From the NCBI GenBank assembly GCA_046563655.1, contig CM102287.1, positions 10,354,001 to 10,418,000 on the forward strand: a stretch of DNA of 64,000 nt, in the 5' to 3' direction. Of the stretch, positions 27,261 through 39,903 are shown piece after piece. The translations under genes and the position numbers were made by a program. Source of the stretch: Yuukianura sp. NJ FZ-2021 (lineage: Eukaryota). Numbering within the stretch: the first letter of the stretch is position 1; each line of letters opens with the position of its first letter. The notes beneath the pieces were generated by a model, which searched no databases, had not been told where the DNA came from, and saw only the letters and a program-made list of their open reading frames with translations.

Positions 27261-27593
27261 CTATTTAGGGTTGGACTTGTCACTGCCTCTACGAGAGTTG
27301 TCTGGAGACGGAGCGGAGGTCAAGAGCCACCATGCACAGGCCAATAAACACAAGCTAACGGCACACAGTGTACAGTTAAGAGCGATTGGATTAATCCGCA
27401 AGTCCAATCGGAACGACTCCACTGACACGTGAACTCTGAGGGGGGCTTGTGGCGATGGGGGTACAAGGGCTGGGGCGCAAACTGTGTCCGCAGTACTCAC
27501 CGACACTGGTAGAGGATTTTCAACTGTAAGACGTTGCTTAAAAGTCGGAAATAACCAGGAAAATCCAGAAGATGAAGGTGACACAGATCCCAT
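27261..27593 (-). CDS. Single-TM microprotein paralog 3 (110 aa)
   Basis: ..PTF..LPVS..PALVPPSPQAPLRVHVSVES..hydrophobic Cys-rich helix..RRGSDKSNPK*. Confidence 0.65.
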   Translation of the reverse strand: MGSVSPSSSGFSWLFPTFKQRLTVENPLPVSVSTADTVCAPALVPPSPQAPLRVHVSVESFRLDLRINPIALNCTLCAVSLCLLACAWWLLTSAPSPDNSRRGSDKSNPK

Positions 27594-27770
27594 TAGTAAA
27601 TGAATGACACTCTTTTTAATAAATTAAGTAAATTCCTTATTTGAATCATCCGCTTCCTTGAGTTCACTTCAAACAGTAAAAAAACAAAGCTGTACTAAAA
27701 TAAATTTTAAAAAGTGGAACCTTTTAAGCGAAATTTGTTTCGTATAAAAATCAACTTCAGGATCAGTGTA

Positions 27771-27824
27771 CTACATTATGTCTTGTAGTAGTAGTTCATT
27801 GATCACTGGAATGAGTTCTTCCAT
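27771..27824 (-). pseudogene. Degenerate duplicate of the first codons of Drp1
   Basis: ATGGAAGAACTCATTCCAGTGATCAATGAACTACTACTACAAGAC (MEELIPVINELLLQDIM*) vs Drp1 ATGGAAGCACTGATTCCAGTGATCAACAAACTACAAGAT ([13 protein letters not shown]). The TAACAT..AAACCA leader is also similar. Confidence 0.75.
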
Positions 27825-27860
27825 TTGGTAGTTTGGTTTTATAATGTTATGGTGGTCGTA

Positions 27861-28157
27861 TTACTGTGGGTTTGAAGGATCACTGTCACCCCCTCTACGA
27901 AACCACTTATCGTACACAGAGGGCAAGAGCCACAATCCACAGATCACGCCAAGAGACGCGAAGACATAAAGGACAAACTTAACAGCGGTAGGTAGTGCGG
28001 TGTCTGGGTCCACTGCCTCCAGTGCAGCAGACCCACGGAACGGCGTTGATGTCACAGAACCCACCTCTGGGCTAGTGAAGGACACTGGCAATTGGTTTAA
28101 GTCAATGCGGTGGTTGAATGTAGGGATGAAGCAAGAAGAGAATCCACCGAATCCCAT
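27861..28157 (-). CDS. Single-TM microprotein paralog 2 (98 aa)
   Basis: MGFGGFSSCFIPTF..LPVSFTSPEV..AVKFVLYVFASLGVICGLWLLPSVYDKWFRRGGDSDPSNPQ*. Confidence 0.65.
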   Translation of the reverse strand: MGFGGFSSCFIPTFNHRIDLNQLPVSFTSPEVGSVTSTPFRGSAALEAVDPDTALPTAVKFVLYVFASLGVICGLWLLPSVYDKWFRRGGDSDPSNPQ

Positions 28158-28585
28158 TATTAGTCACAAGGTTCCTTCCACCGCGTCTACTACAACTCGA
28201 CTGACAATGACTAGGTCAGACGATCCTTCCTTTTTACAATGTATTTTCCCAACTCAACTTGGTTTCACCGTGTTGTGAGACCAACGTAGTGAGACCAAGT
28301 GTGGATGAGGGACGATGCAAATCTTAGCAAGGTTTGTATCCGCTTCTTTTAATTCTCCTCCAAGAGTAAAAAACCAAATTGCTTGCGATGTTGGTGGGTA
28401 CAAATGTACACATCCGACCGGTACAATGGGTGGCTAAAATTATAGCGGGGCGAAAATTTGAACGAGTGGGTATCCTAGTCTGGCCGCCCAGGTTTACTTC
28501 AACCAAGAACGCCGATCCGGTAGGAGTAGGTACAATTAAAAATGGAAAACCTTGGTATCACTGGAATTACGTCAGCTGGGCAGTA

Positions 28586-28819
28586 TTATTCTGGGTTAGA
28601 CCGATCAGTATCATTCCCTCTGCGAAACAACTTGTCAAATGCCCAGGTCAAGGCGCACAATCCAAAGGCAAACATTACAAACGTAACGGCTGGGTTCAAT
28701 GAGTCCACGGACACGACAACTCTGATGACTTGGGGCGATGGGGGTGCAAGGGCTGGAACAGAAGCTACCTCCGGAGTGATCGACACTGGTAGTGTATTTC
28801 CAAATGTAGGACGCTCCAT
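28586..28819 (-). CDS. Single-TM microprotein paralog 1 (77 aa)
   Basis: MERPTFGNTLPVSITPEV..PALAPPSPQVIRVVVSVDSLNPAVTFVMFAFGLCALTWAFDKLFRRGNDTDRSNPE*. Confidence 0.65.
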   Translation of the reverse strand: MERPTFGNTLPVSITPEVASVPALAPPSPQVIRVVVSVDSLNPAVTFVMFAFGLCALTWAFDKLFRRGNDTDRSNPE

Positions 28820-29210
28820 GAAAATTCACAAGGCGATGATGGTAACACCGATCGACTGATCCTTAGTACGATAACGACAACTTCCTTATGGTTATGACTT
28901 TATTTGATTCATCCGCTTCTTTTAATTCACCTCCAAGAGTAAAAAACCAAAAAGAGCTGTACTAAAATAAATTAAAATAGAACCTGTTGAGGTAAATCAA
29001 GGTTGACCCCTCACTGTTTGTTTTGTATAAAAATCAACTTCAGAATCAGAGTGTCACTTATGGCACTCGCAACATTTCCTCAATAAATAAAGTGGAAACC
29101 CCTCACAAACCACTTGGAATCTCTACTTCACACTCCGGATATGAACCTGAGAGGAAAGTAGTGCTTTCAAAGCTCAATGTAACCCTATGAGTCAAACTAT
29201 TGTGACACTA

Positions 29211-32200
29211 TCAGTCACTGGATAGGTTGCTGTCCGTGTCATTCGTGAGGCGGAACAACTTTCCCTGCACAGTGTACACCGTCGACGCTCCGTCCTTCTC
29301 AGCCATCGTGTGACCTGCCGACTAAACAAACACTTTGCAACGTCTTTTTCAATTTAAAAAAAAAAACAACTTTTTTCTTTAGAAAAAGTTTGCGTTCTTA
29401 CTTCACTGTATCCAGAGTATGAAGGGGCTTTACAACTGTAGCAACTCGCACGAGAGGATCGGATATCCGACAAGTTTCTAAAGTAGTCAATTCACAATTA
29501 CTTGAATCAATTGATTGAATTTAGAATATTTTTTTAGGAAAGATGCTAACTTGTCGTAAACCCGTGGGTGGAACTCTGGCTCCAGCCCAGTGGAACGTCG
29601 TCGCATTCCGCCTCTAGCCGAGACTTCAGTTCCCGAAGACACCAAAGCACCCGTAGAAATCCGCCGTTCTTGCAGCGACAGTTTGCGAAACGCTTTGGCT
29701 TCTTGCTCCCGCTGCAGCGTCGACGGTTGAACACTGGTGGATTTGGGGGGTTTGGGCTCCAAATAACTGAGCAACTTCCTCTCTCCAACACTGTCACCCC
29801 CAGAAGGGCCCAGACTCACAGTTGACCTTCCGTGACCTCCGTTGGGACTCTGGCGGATTTTGGCTCTTGGAATTACGACACTCATGGGAGACATTTCCTA
29901 AAAACAGGACCAAATCAGACTTAAATCCATAAAATTCCTTTTACTTTGTTTCATACGTGAGTCCTCATGGAGAAATTGATGAGATTGTGGTCGTTTCTTC
30001 TCTGTTGCGACTTCAGTCCAGGCTCAACCTAGATTCAAATCGTAACATTTCAATTATTTTTTTATCTATCAAAAGTTCTACAAAGTTCAAGTTCTAAAAA
30101 AATGCAAATGCGTTCAATTCGTTTTTCTGGGATTTTTTGTGGGTTACGAGTGAGTCTGGAGTGTATGACGGACGGGGTTGATGTAATCGCTGAATCGGTT
30201 CATCGCTGCCAATACTACTGGCAGTATCATGCATGATAGCGGTTCTTTCCAGCGTCGCTTGCGAAGTAGGACTTCTGTAGCGCATGAATCTTCCGCCTTG
30301 AATAGTCACCACAAATAAAATCCAATTTGCAAAAAAAAATGGATTTTTGCGTAATTTTTTATTTTTTTAAATTCAAAGTAATTTTTTGACTCACTTCCAA
30401 GTCGTTGTTCTCTGATGATTCCAGTAGTTCTGGGTTTCCGTCGACATGTGATGATAGTACAGACAATGACGAGGACAAAGAGCATGAGCCCCACCCCCAC
30501 CACGCCCATGAGCAGCACTTTGAGGTTCCAGCGACAGTCGGCCCCACCGAACCACCGGAAACAGTCACACGACATCCGCCCACTCTTGTCTCTGAGGCAG
30601 TTTCCTTTGTAGTTGCACTCGGAACAACCAAGGAGACTCACGCAGTCTCTCCCTGGACGATGTCTTTTCCTGTCTTTGAACCCCTCTTTACATTCACAAG
30701 TGAACGAACCAGGCAAATTAACGCACTCAGCATCAGCAGAACAGTCGTTGTAGTCCCCATTCGAGCATTCATTGAAATCTACATTCCAAAAAACAAAAAA
30801 TTATTATTTCGTTTTCAAATTTCAAAAAAACTCAACATTATGTGTGATTTGGATACCTTTGGTGCTAAAATCGGCGGATGCTTCCGGAGACAACAGCCCC
30901 ACTTGCCCCACCGTAAAATTAGAATTCCTCAGCGTTCGAACCAAGTGGCTGCGAATCCTCTCCTGCGTCATGTTTGTTGTGAGTTGAAGTAGAAAATCGA
31001 CGTAGAGCGTTGACGGAGGGCGTGGCTTCACTTTCATGACTTCCGTTCCTTGGAACTGTCGCTTGAGCTCGGAAGACAAGAACGCTGATTCCAGTGCATC
31101 CGACATTTGTGTCGTGAATCCATCTCCAGTAGACATGTCCATCAATTTATCAGTCGCTGCAACCATCTCCTTCACACTCACTGACATCTCATAAGTATAT
31201 GTCGCTGCAAAATTTCAAAAAAAAGCTCAAATCTTTTTCAAAACTTTAGTTTTTACGAAAATTTTGAATATTGTTACTTACGTCTACAAGGGTAGTTGGG
31301 CTTGAGTCGAGCGTATCCAATTTTGCAAGAACATTTTGCTGCAGTTCCGGTTCCACGACACATTTGGTTTCCAGTGGAGCAACTTGTGATGTTGCATCCA
31401 GAAAATGTCGCCACTGGAACTTTTGTCGTAGTTCCGTCTGTCGGAACAGCAGTAGTTGTCTGGCGAACTTCAACGGAATCGGAAGTGGTCGTTTTCCGAA
31501 CTAAAATTCCGCCTCCGGCCTTCAGAATTTTCTTTTCAGTTGATTCATTGGATAGAGCTGGAGTGAAACCGGAAGAAACCGGTTTCACGAGAACGAAACT
31601 GCCTTTACGTTCACTTTCCGCAACCAGAACTGGAACTTCATAAAAATATTTATACAAATATTTTTTTTATAAACTTTTAAAAGAATTTTTTTTTTTTGAA
31701 AAATTAATGTAAAGCATTTCTTACTTTGTGTAGGTTGTGATACAATAGTAGTTCTGATTGTAGTTGGTTGGATTTGAAGCGTGTTGACTAAAGTGACTGA
31801 ACCGACAATCGTACTCACGACTGTTTCGGGTGGATAAATTTTAGTTAAAATCACAGTTTCCGTGACAGGTCCAAATCCTTGAGCCGTCGTTGGTAAAATC
31901 CTCGTTTCCGTTTCAATTACGGACTCTGTTATACTTTCCGAATGGGTGACGAACCTTGTAGTTGGACTTGGTTTTGGAACTGGGAATTTAGTTGAAACGG
32001 AAGAAGCTGTGGAAACTGCCACTTTTTTGACTTTGGCCACCACTGGCCCTTCTTTTGTGATGAGTGTAGTTGCTGTCAAGTTTTCTTTTGGTGGTAGAGT
32101 GGAAAAATAGTTGGGTCGAATGGCTGGTCGAAATGTAGTTGGCGTCATTTCCACTGATTCTGCTCCGTTCAGAATTTCCTCCGAATCTGAAACTGGTTCA

Positions 32201-35200
32201 GAAGATTCCAAATGCGGAGAATCCAGTTGCTGATTGGACGGCATCGGAGGATTGGAAGTGATCACTGGAATTTCTGCAGAAACTGGTGGATTAGGAGTAG
32301 TTTTTAAAGTGACAAACACTGGAGATTCCTTTGTTGTGATTGGTCGAGGAGTTGTTTCCGGACTTGTGATTGGCTGAGCAGTAGTTTTGGGAGTTGTGAT
32401 TGGCGGAATGAATTTGTAAGTTGACCTTGGTGGCGACAATGTCGTTGTAGTTGTGCTTGTAGTTCTGAGTCTCCAAGGTGGAATTCTGGTTTCAGCTGGA
32501 TTTCGGATCGGCATGAACGGCTTCTTTGGTTTATAAGGAGGCGGAGTTTTGATTGGAATCGGAGATGCTGGAGGGGATTCCAGTGCAGGTCGAACATTTT
32601 CTTCCAAAATTGTTTCTTTTGAAGAAACTTGAATTTCAGCACTTTCTTCTTCATCTTCATCTGGTTGTGGAGTTGAAGTAGAAGTGGAAGTGGTTGGAAT
32701 GCGAAAACTTGGAAGTGTTCCTCTCTGAAGCGTAACTGGAGGTCTTCTGGTAAAAGTTCTCGTGGGTTTAATTTCAAAACGTTTTGTTTGCGTCGTTTGT
32801 TGCGTCAAAGTGGTTAAAGTTCCACTGGAATACTTGACAGTTGAGGATTTCTGTGGTTCTGGAATGTCGTAACTCGCTTGAAGATCAACCGTCTCTACAC
32901 TTCCGATTATTAGCGGTGGCTTCTCAATTTCTGTCGCTGTAGTAGAACTTGGACCTTCAATTTCGGGAGACGTAGGTTCAATTCCTGGAGTCGCTGAAGT
33001 AGGAAAAGCCGGAATGACATTGGTTCCAATTATTTTATTCTCGTGATCCACCGTTGCAATTGTATGGAAACTGGGCTTTATTGGACGCAGTAAATTGAGT
33101 TGTGGACGAAGTAGATTCGGCCTTGGACGGACTCGAACTGGCCCACCACTGGGCAGTTCTAATGCTGGTGGGTGGAGTCTGTTGGAATCTATTGGTGGTG
33201 GCTCCATTTCCACTTTGGGTGGGTCTAGAGTGGGGCGTTGGAAGGAGTTGGCAACATGGCCACCCACATGTCTGTTGCTATCGCTGTTGCCACCCACATT
33301 TCTGTTGCCATAGTTGAATTCTGGACTCTGGGCATTATCTTCTTCTTCAGATTCGTAGAATGGATCTCCATCGGCTGCAGGGCGCAAGTCCGTCGGTCTC
33401 TGGCTCATCGGCTGACGTTCTCCCACATTTTTGATGTTTTTGGTTCCTTTGTCCACTTCGTTGTCATCTTCATACGAAGGAATTTCTGTCGTGGTGGATG
33501 ATTGGTGGGTCGCCATTGTTGGTCTCTCTGTTGTGGTGGTTGTCGTTCTCTGTCTCAATCTGATTGGTGGCGTAGATTGTTTAAAAGTTGCTGGATTGAG
33601 TGGAATTGGCTTCACTTTATGGAAATTGTTGGCCACAATTAGATTGTGCGGTGGATTTGGCTGCGGATTGAGATTTGGACTTGGTTGTCTCATTCCTGGT
33701 GAACTAACATCCACATAAGGATACTTCTTCTGTCGGTTGTTTGGTGGAAACGGCTTAAGTGGCAACCTTTGACCTTGAACTGCCGGTTGACCCGAACTTT
33801 GTTTTGGCGGCAGGAGATTAGTTGCTGGTGGTGGTTGGACTGGTCTTCTAAAAATATTTGAAAAAGAGGGAAAGGGACTTGGTGGTTCCGGTGGTGGGGC
33901 AGGACGTCGAATCAACCCTGGTCTAACAACTTCATTTTCTGGTTGAAATTTTGAATGAGATGGAAGTGGTGGCGGTGGAGTGAGTCTGCTAGCTGGATAT
34001 CCAGGAGGACCCACTTCATAAGTTTCGAAACTTTCAGATTCTGGAAATTTTTGATTTGGAATTTCAAATTTTTGAGTCTGAGGAATTGAAAACTTTTCTT
34101 GATGTTCAAGTTGATTTTGTTCATCTGAATCCACTTGAGGAATAAAAGCAAGAACAGGATGATTCTGCGTTCTGTTTCTGTTCCTTACAAATCCCGGCGT
34201 TTTCAAAATTTCGACGTTTTTCAATTTGACTTGATCCAGTCCCTCGTTTTCAAATTTGGAATTTGGTGGGACCGGCAAAAGTTCCTTCGAGGCAGTCGGT
34301 GGGACTTGGTTTGGTGCATTGCTCAAAAGTGGTCTGCGCGGTCGAAAAGTGGTCGCCCTCTGCAATTGTTGATTTCTAAAAGTGGTCGGTAGAAGGTGAG
34401 ACGTCGTTGGACGGAATGTTGTGGCCCACATTGGAGAACTTTCGTCTCGTTCCGGATCGTTGTCGGAATGAAACGAACTCAAAACCGGTTTGTCTTCTGA
34501 ACTGAACTTTGTTTTCTGTTGATTTTCTAGTCGAAAAGCATTGAGGATCGCCTTTTCCTCTGAATTGAACATGGACTCTTCACTTGGCGTAATTTCCAGC
34601 AGCAGACTGGTTCCATTTTCGGCCGAGTGGTGGACATCTTTGATTCCAATTTGATCAGAACTTCCAAATTGTTCATCAGAATCAAGCACAGTTTTGTTGA
34701 AATTTTGAAATTGGAAATTTTCTTTTGACGCTCCAGTTGAAATTGTTGGTTTTGGCTGTAGACTTTGGAGAACGTCTTTGACTTGATTTGAAAATTGGAA
34801 TCCGTTTGGAAAGAGATTGACTGAAGAAGGTGGTCGCGGAGTTGTGGAGGAACGTCGAATAAACATGGGGCTCCGTGTAGTCGCAACTGTTCGGGTGTTT
34901 TCGTCATTCCGAGTGACAGAATTCGGAGAGAATCGAGTGTGTTCGTATTTTGAAGTCGAAGATGATAGGGCAGAAGATGGTTCTTTCATGACTTCTTTGA
35001 CAATGAGTTGGGGGTTCGTTGGTGGGGCAAAAGTGGTGGATTTTGGAGGTGGATCGTAAGTTTCTTCTACAATGAAGACAGTATTTGGTCTCTGTTTGTA
35101 CGGTGGGAAATGCGGAGTTGGGAGGATGTGAGGCGGAAGTTGTTGCGGTGTGGGCCATGCTGGAAGGAGAATTTCCGAGTTTAGAGTTGGTGAATTCGGA

Positions 35201-38200
35201 GGAGAGAAATTGGGAGGTGGAGATCCAGGCAAAAGAATTCCGGAATTCGGTTGGATTTCGTGGAGTCCGTGACTTCCAAAAGGAAATCGCTGCGGGGGAG
35301 GCGGAATTGGACTTTGTGGAGGTGGTTGAAGGTTGAATGCTGGCATTGGTCGGAATTCAGTTGAAGAATGAATCGGTTTTGCTGGCCGCAAATTTTTAGG
35401 TGGCTGACTTCCTTCCTTTTGCGACTCAAACTCTTGAGATTTCTGAAATTCTTGATTTTTCTGAAATTCTTGATTTTTCTGAAATTCTTGATTTTTCTGC
35501 AATTCCTGGTTTTTCTGCAAGTTATGATTCTTCTGAAATCCTTGATGTTGCTGAAATTCTTGACTTTTTTGAAACTGGTTATTGCTTTGAACTTCTTGAT
35601 TTTGCAGAAATTGATTTTTTTGAAATTCTTGATTTTTGTGAAACTGGTGATTTTTCTGAAATTCTTGACTTTTTTGAAAGTTGTGATTTTGAGGGCGGGA
35701 ATCTTTGGCAGGACCAATCGGTTGAAACTGAATTCTGGAATCCTGATGCTGATTGTTTGGTGGAATTCCGTTTTGAGTTGGTAGAATTTCTTCACTGGAG
35801 AGGAGAATGGTGGGGAAGTTTGGCTGCTGAGGAAATGGGATCATCATGGTTTGTTGTGGCCTGGAATTGGGCGGTGGACGAGGGAAGTTGCCAAACATTG
35901 GCCTTTGACTTTCCTCTGAACTTTCCCTGATCAAGTGATGCTGCGGTGGCCTTGAGTTGAATGGATTGAAACTTCCTCCTGGTTTGAACATGTTTAGAAT
36001 TCCCTCTGGTTCTTCCCAAGACGCTTGCAGTGAAGAGGGCGCTTCTTGAGGACGCAGATCAAAAACTGGCTGGAAATGATTCGGAATTGGTGGACGTGGG
36101 AGTGGATTCGGAGAAGGAAAATTCGGTCTTCGAACCACTTCTTCGCTGCCTTCCCCTCGATAATCTCCCGTTTCTTTACTGGGCTGAAATGGTCCAAAAT
36201 TTGGAAACGGCTGAAAAGGTCTCACTTCTTGAAAAAAGTGGTGATGCTGCAGATTTTGACCTTGGTTTTGATTTTGATGCAGAAGATTCTGACCTTGACC
36301 TTGGTGAATTCTGGTATTCTGATTTTTCTGTTGAGTTGGAATGAATTCCAGTATTGGTCTCTCCTTGCTGAAATGATTTGACAATTCTGCTGAATTTTGA
36401 TTGACCTTTGACCCCTGATTCTCCTGCGATTCTTTGTGAAGTTTGTGAAATTGATTTTGAGATTCCGTGGCCACCGTTGGTCTCAAAAGTGTCGCTGGAC
36501 GCTTCTGAAACGCTGGAATAGTTTGAACTTTTTTGTGTTCATCTTGCAAAATGGGTGGTCTTGGACGCTGATGCGAAATTGCCGTTGGAATTGGGCTGGA
36601 TGGGCGTCTTTCTGTGAACAACGGAGGAGTTGGAGAGCCTTCTTTTGGATTCTGATTTTCTTTGAAAGGAACAAGTTGGGATGGACGCTGCAGCGATTCT
36701 GGATTTCGAAGTAAATTATTTGGAGTGGGTCGCGGAATTAGTTCTGGAAATTTATGAACAGCGTTTGGTTTTGGATAAAGAGGCGGTGGTTTCATTTTTT
36801 GCAGAACTTCGACTGATCCTTGTTGATGATAAAAGTCTTGATCAATTTCATTGGATTCGTCTGGCGGGAAAGGCAGAATGATTTGGTTAGTCCAAACTGG
36901 TTTTTCAGCGATTCTTGGCGGTTGTCTTCCTGTGCTGAAGCGATTTGGCACTGGACCATTGACCTTGACAATATTTGATGGTTGTTGATGTTGCTGGAGA
37001 TGGAGAGGATTTGGCTGGAGAGGAGTCAGCACAACTCGCATGTTTTTCGGTGGACCGTAGCCAGGAAACGGTCCATTTTCGTATCTGAAGTTTGGTTCAT
37101 TGGCATGCGTGACAATTGGACGACGCGGAATCGTGGCTGACTCTTCCATGTGCATTCCTTGCTGTCCGTTGAGTCTCAGTGGTCGCTTTGGATTTCCCTC
37201 GAAATGGTTGTTGTCGTGAGTGTCGTTTCTGGCTAGAATTGGAACTAGTCCTGTTTTCAAGTACCCCAGAAGGGGTGACCACTTCGTCAAAGCTGAGGCT
37301 CCCAAACCACCCAATCCAAGGGCCCCCAGTTTGAGGAGTGGATTCCAGTTGATTCCTCCAGTCCCAGACTGGGACACTGCAAGGTCTGGAGGTGGCGCTG
37401 GAGGGGGAGGAGCAAAAACAAAAGTTGACTTCGGTGGATCGTTCAATAATGGTTTCCGAAGCTGTTCATCTTCCAACTCTTCTGATTCCTCATCGTCTTT
37501 TCCCGATTCATCTTCTGTTCCAGAAGCACCTTTCAAAAAAATATTAAAAAAAAAAAAGTTTTGAAAATTATTTTGAAACATTTTTTTTTTTGAAAAAGTT
37601 ACCTTCATCTGCAGAACTGGAACTTGGTGGTTTGGGTAGAATTAAATTGTAGACGTTTCCGAGTAGTTCCGACTCATCATCGTCTTCTTCTGGCACTCCG
37701 TTGGATTTATGAGGGAATTTTGGCGTAGACGCTGGAATGCGATTGGTGATTTTGATTGGTTTTCCAGCCTCATTTAGCTTGAAATGAATCCGTTCTGTTG
37801 AGGAGGGAAGCGATTCTGTTGGAATTTCGTCCAGAATTTCCTGTTGCAGCGTCTCCAGTGACATTTCTGTTGTGGTTTCTTCCTCCTGAGCATTCACTTC
37901 TGTTTCTGACCCAACAGGATGCTCAAGTGACTGATTGTCGCTTGGTTCTTTGAAAGCAGTTTCCTCCATTCCTTCGTCGTAGTAATCAGGAGCAGCAGGA
38001 TTCTTATGAACAGAGTCTTCCCCTAGTACATAAATTTCTCATCAGTTTATTTTTCGGAAAACTATTTGAAATATACAATTTCAATTAGAAATTGTATTTT
38101 GAAATAAAGAAACAAAAAGAAATCCAAAATTTTGAAAAAAGTCGTTACCAGAAATGAGATTGAAGACTTTGTTGTTCTCTCCGACGGGATGTTTGAGATG

Positions 38201-39903
38201 ACCAAACAGCAAGGCTGGACCTGTCTTTAAATTGTTAGCTTCCACCACAATTCCTTCATCTCCGTTAGATTCATCGGAAATAGTGGTCGCTTCAGGCTCA
38301 ACCACAGCAGTACTTCCAGCATTGTGCTTCATACTGGCTGAAGATGTTGAAAATACTTGGAGGGGAGGAGTTGGTCTTTGCATAAACGATTCTTCTAAAC
38401 CCACTGTCGGAAATACTTGTGGCAGCATTGTGCTGGATGCTTCGATTCCACTCTCCGAAGTACCAGCAAGATCTTGCATTAAATGGTGGATTTCACTTTG
38501 CATTTCGAGGAAAGGCAGTTTTAAAGTCCCCGTAGGCTCCACTTTTTGAGGGTCCATGACCCCTTGATCTTCTCCCTTTGGCCAATGGGGGTACAGTTGA
38601 CTGGGCGGAGTGTCAGGCACATAAGTCCCCTCTATCGTCCTGATTGCAACTTCCGGAAGTGCTGTTTGTGTAATTTGTGAAGTTGAAGTTGGTTGTGGAT
38701 GTTGAGCCAAGTATGAAGATTCTAGTGCTAGAAGATACTGGCCATTTAAAACAGTTGACATGGCTTCTGTGACGATATTTGACACGACGGAAGTTCTGCT
38801 TTGAACTTTAGTTTCATTTCCTTCTCCTAAAATAGAAGTGAGGAATGTGGTGGTTGTGTAGAACGTTTTAGTTGCGTAGATCATGAAGGGGTGGAGTCTC
38901 GTTGGCTCAACTTCAGAAAATGCTGGACCAGGAGTGACGACATTTGAGGTGACTGAGGTTGACGTTTTTGTGACGATTTCTGTTCCTTCTAGTGCAGTCA
39001 GGAATGTCGTAAATGTCGTGAAGTAGGTTTGGAGTTGTGGACTTTGGTTTCCCACGATGACAAAGTTTGTGAGTGTTTCCAGTTGCGTTTGAATGTGGGG
39101 TCCATGGAAGTCGTAGAGTGTTTTGGAGAAAGTGAAAGTGGAGAGATGCGTTTGAGTTGACATTTGGGGGACAGTGATTGTGAGAGAAGTGAACAACTCC
39201 AGAGGGAATTCAGTTGGATCGTCTCCAGTGGGGTACAGTTCAGTCACAACATTCGACATCACCTGAAAATCACAAATTCCAAAACATTTTTCAAAAATAT
39301 TTCGAAAACACAATTTTGAAAAAATTGAAAAAGTTTTTCCAGTAATTTTTTTTTCGATGCTGCGTGCCTGTTCACTGCTTGTGACGACTGTGGAGTCATT
39401 CTGGAGAAGTGTTTGGAAGTAGGTGAATGTTGTGAGCATTGTTTTTGTCACAAGGTCAGGCGTTGCTGACCTTGCCATGGAATGCAAGAGATGGTCAATC
39501 GCCGTGTTCTAAAATACATTTTCAAAAAGTTTATTTAAAATTTTAAAAATGTGATCGTTTGAATAGATTACAGGTCTGTTGGGATTGTCCAGAAGATGAA
39601 ACTGGTTGGACACAGTTGTTGGTGGTAGTGTTGTGGCAATCGTTCCACCAACTCCGCCGGGTAGTCTTCCATTCACTCTTAGCAGCGGCGACGCTTGGTT
39701 TCCTGCAATCATTCATCAAAACCAAAAACTTACAATTTGTAAAATATTATGTTTTTTTTTAAGAAAATTCATAAAATTTTGAAACTCATTTAAAATTTCG
39801 AAACCTTTGATGATGACCTCTACTCCATTCGCCATAATTTTCGTAGCCAATCGTCTTCCGGACTCCACAATCAGCCTCCCTGCTGCTACTTTATCTTCAA
39901 CAC
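29211..39903 (-). CDS. pwn: Pawn-like transmembrane mucin portion: Thr-rich repeats, 5.8-kb Pro/Gln/Thr exon (37529-31725), EGF-like, SEA-like, Ca-binding EGF, EGF, TM, cytoplasmic tail; 5' end unresolved
   Basis: In-frame spliced exons give CSCKIGYAR..PCR, a SEA-like block (LYVDFLLQL), DFNECSNGDYNDCSADAECVNLPGSFTCECKEGFKD, CNYKGNC..CDCFRWFGGADC, TM VLLMGVVGVGLMLFVLVIVCTIITC followed by RRKPR. Stop TGA at 29211-29213. The pawn assignment rests on recalled domain architecture. Confidence 0.75.
35425..35690 (-). repeat. Coding 18-nt tandem repeat encoding (QKNQEF)n-like hexapeptides
   Basis: CAGAAAAATCAAGAATTT-type units, about 13 degenerate copies. These explain the shadow ORFs on both strands here. 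Confidence 0.9.

Noticed and set aside
26466..28859. Plus-strand ORFs over the microprotein array
   Set aside because: Starts and stops are not conserved between copies, unlike the minus-strand ORFs.
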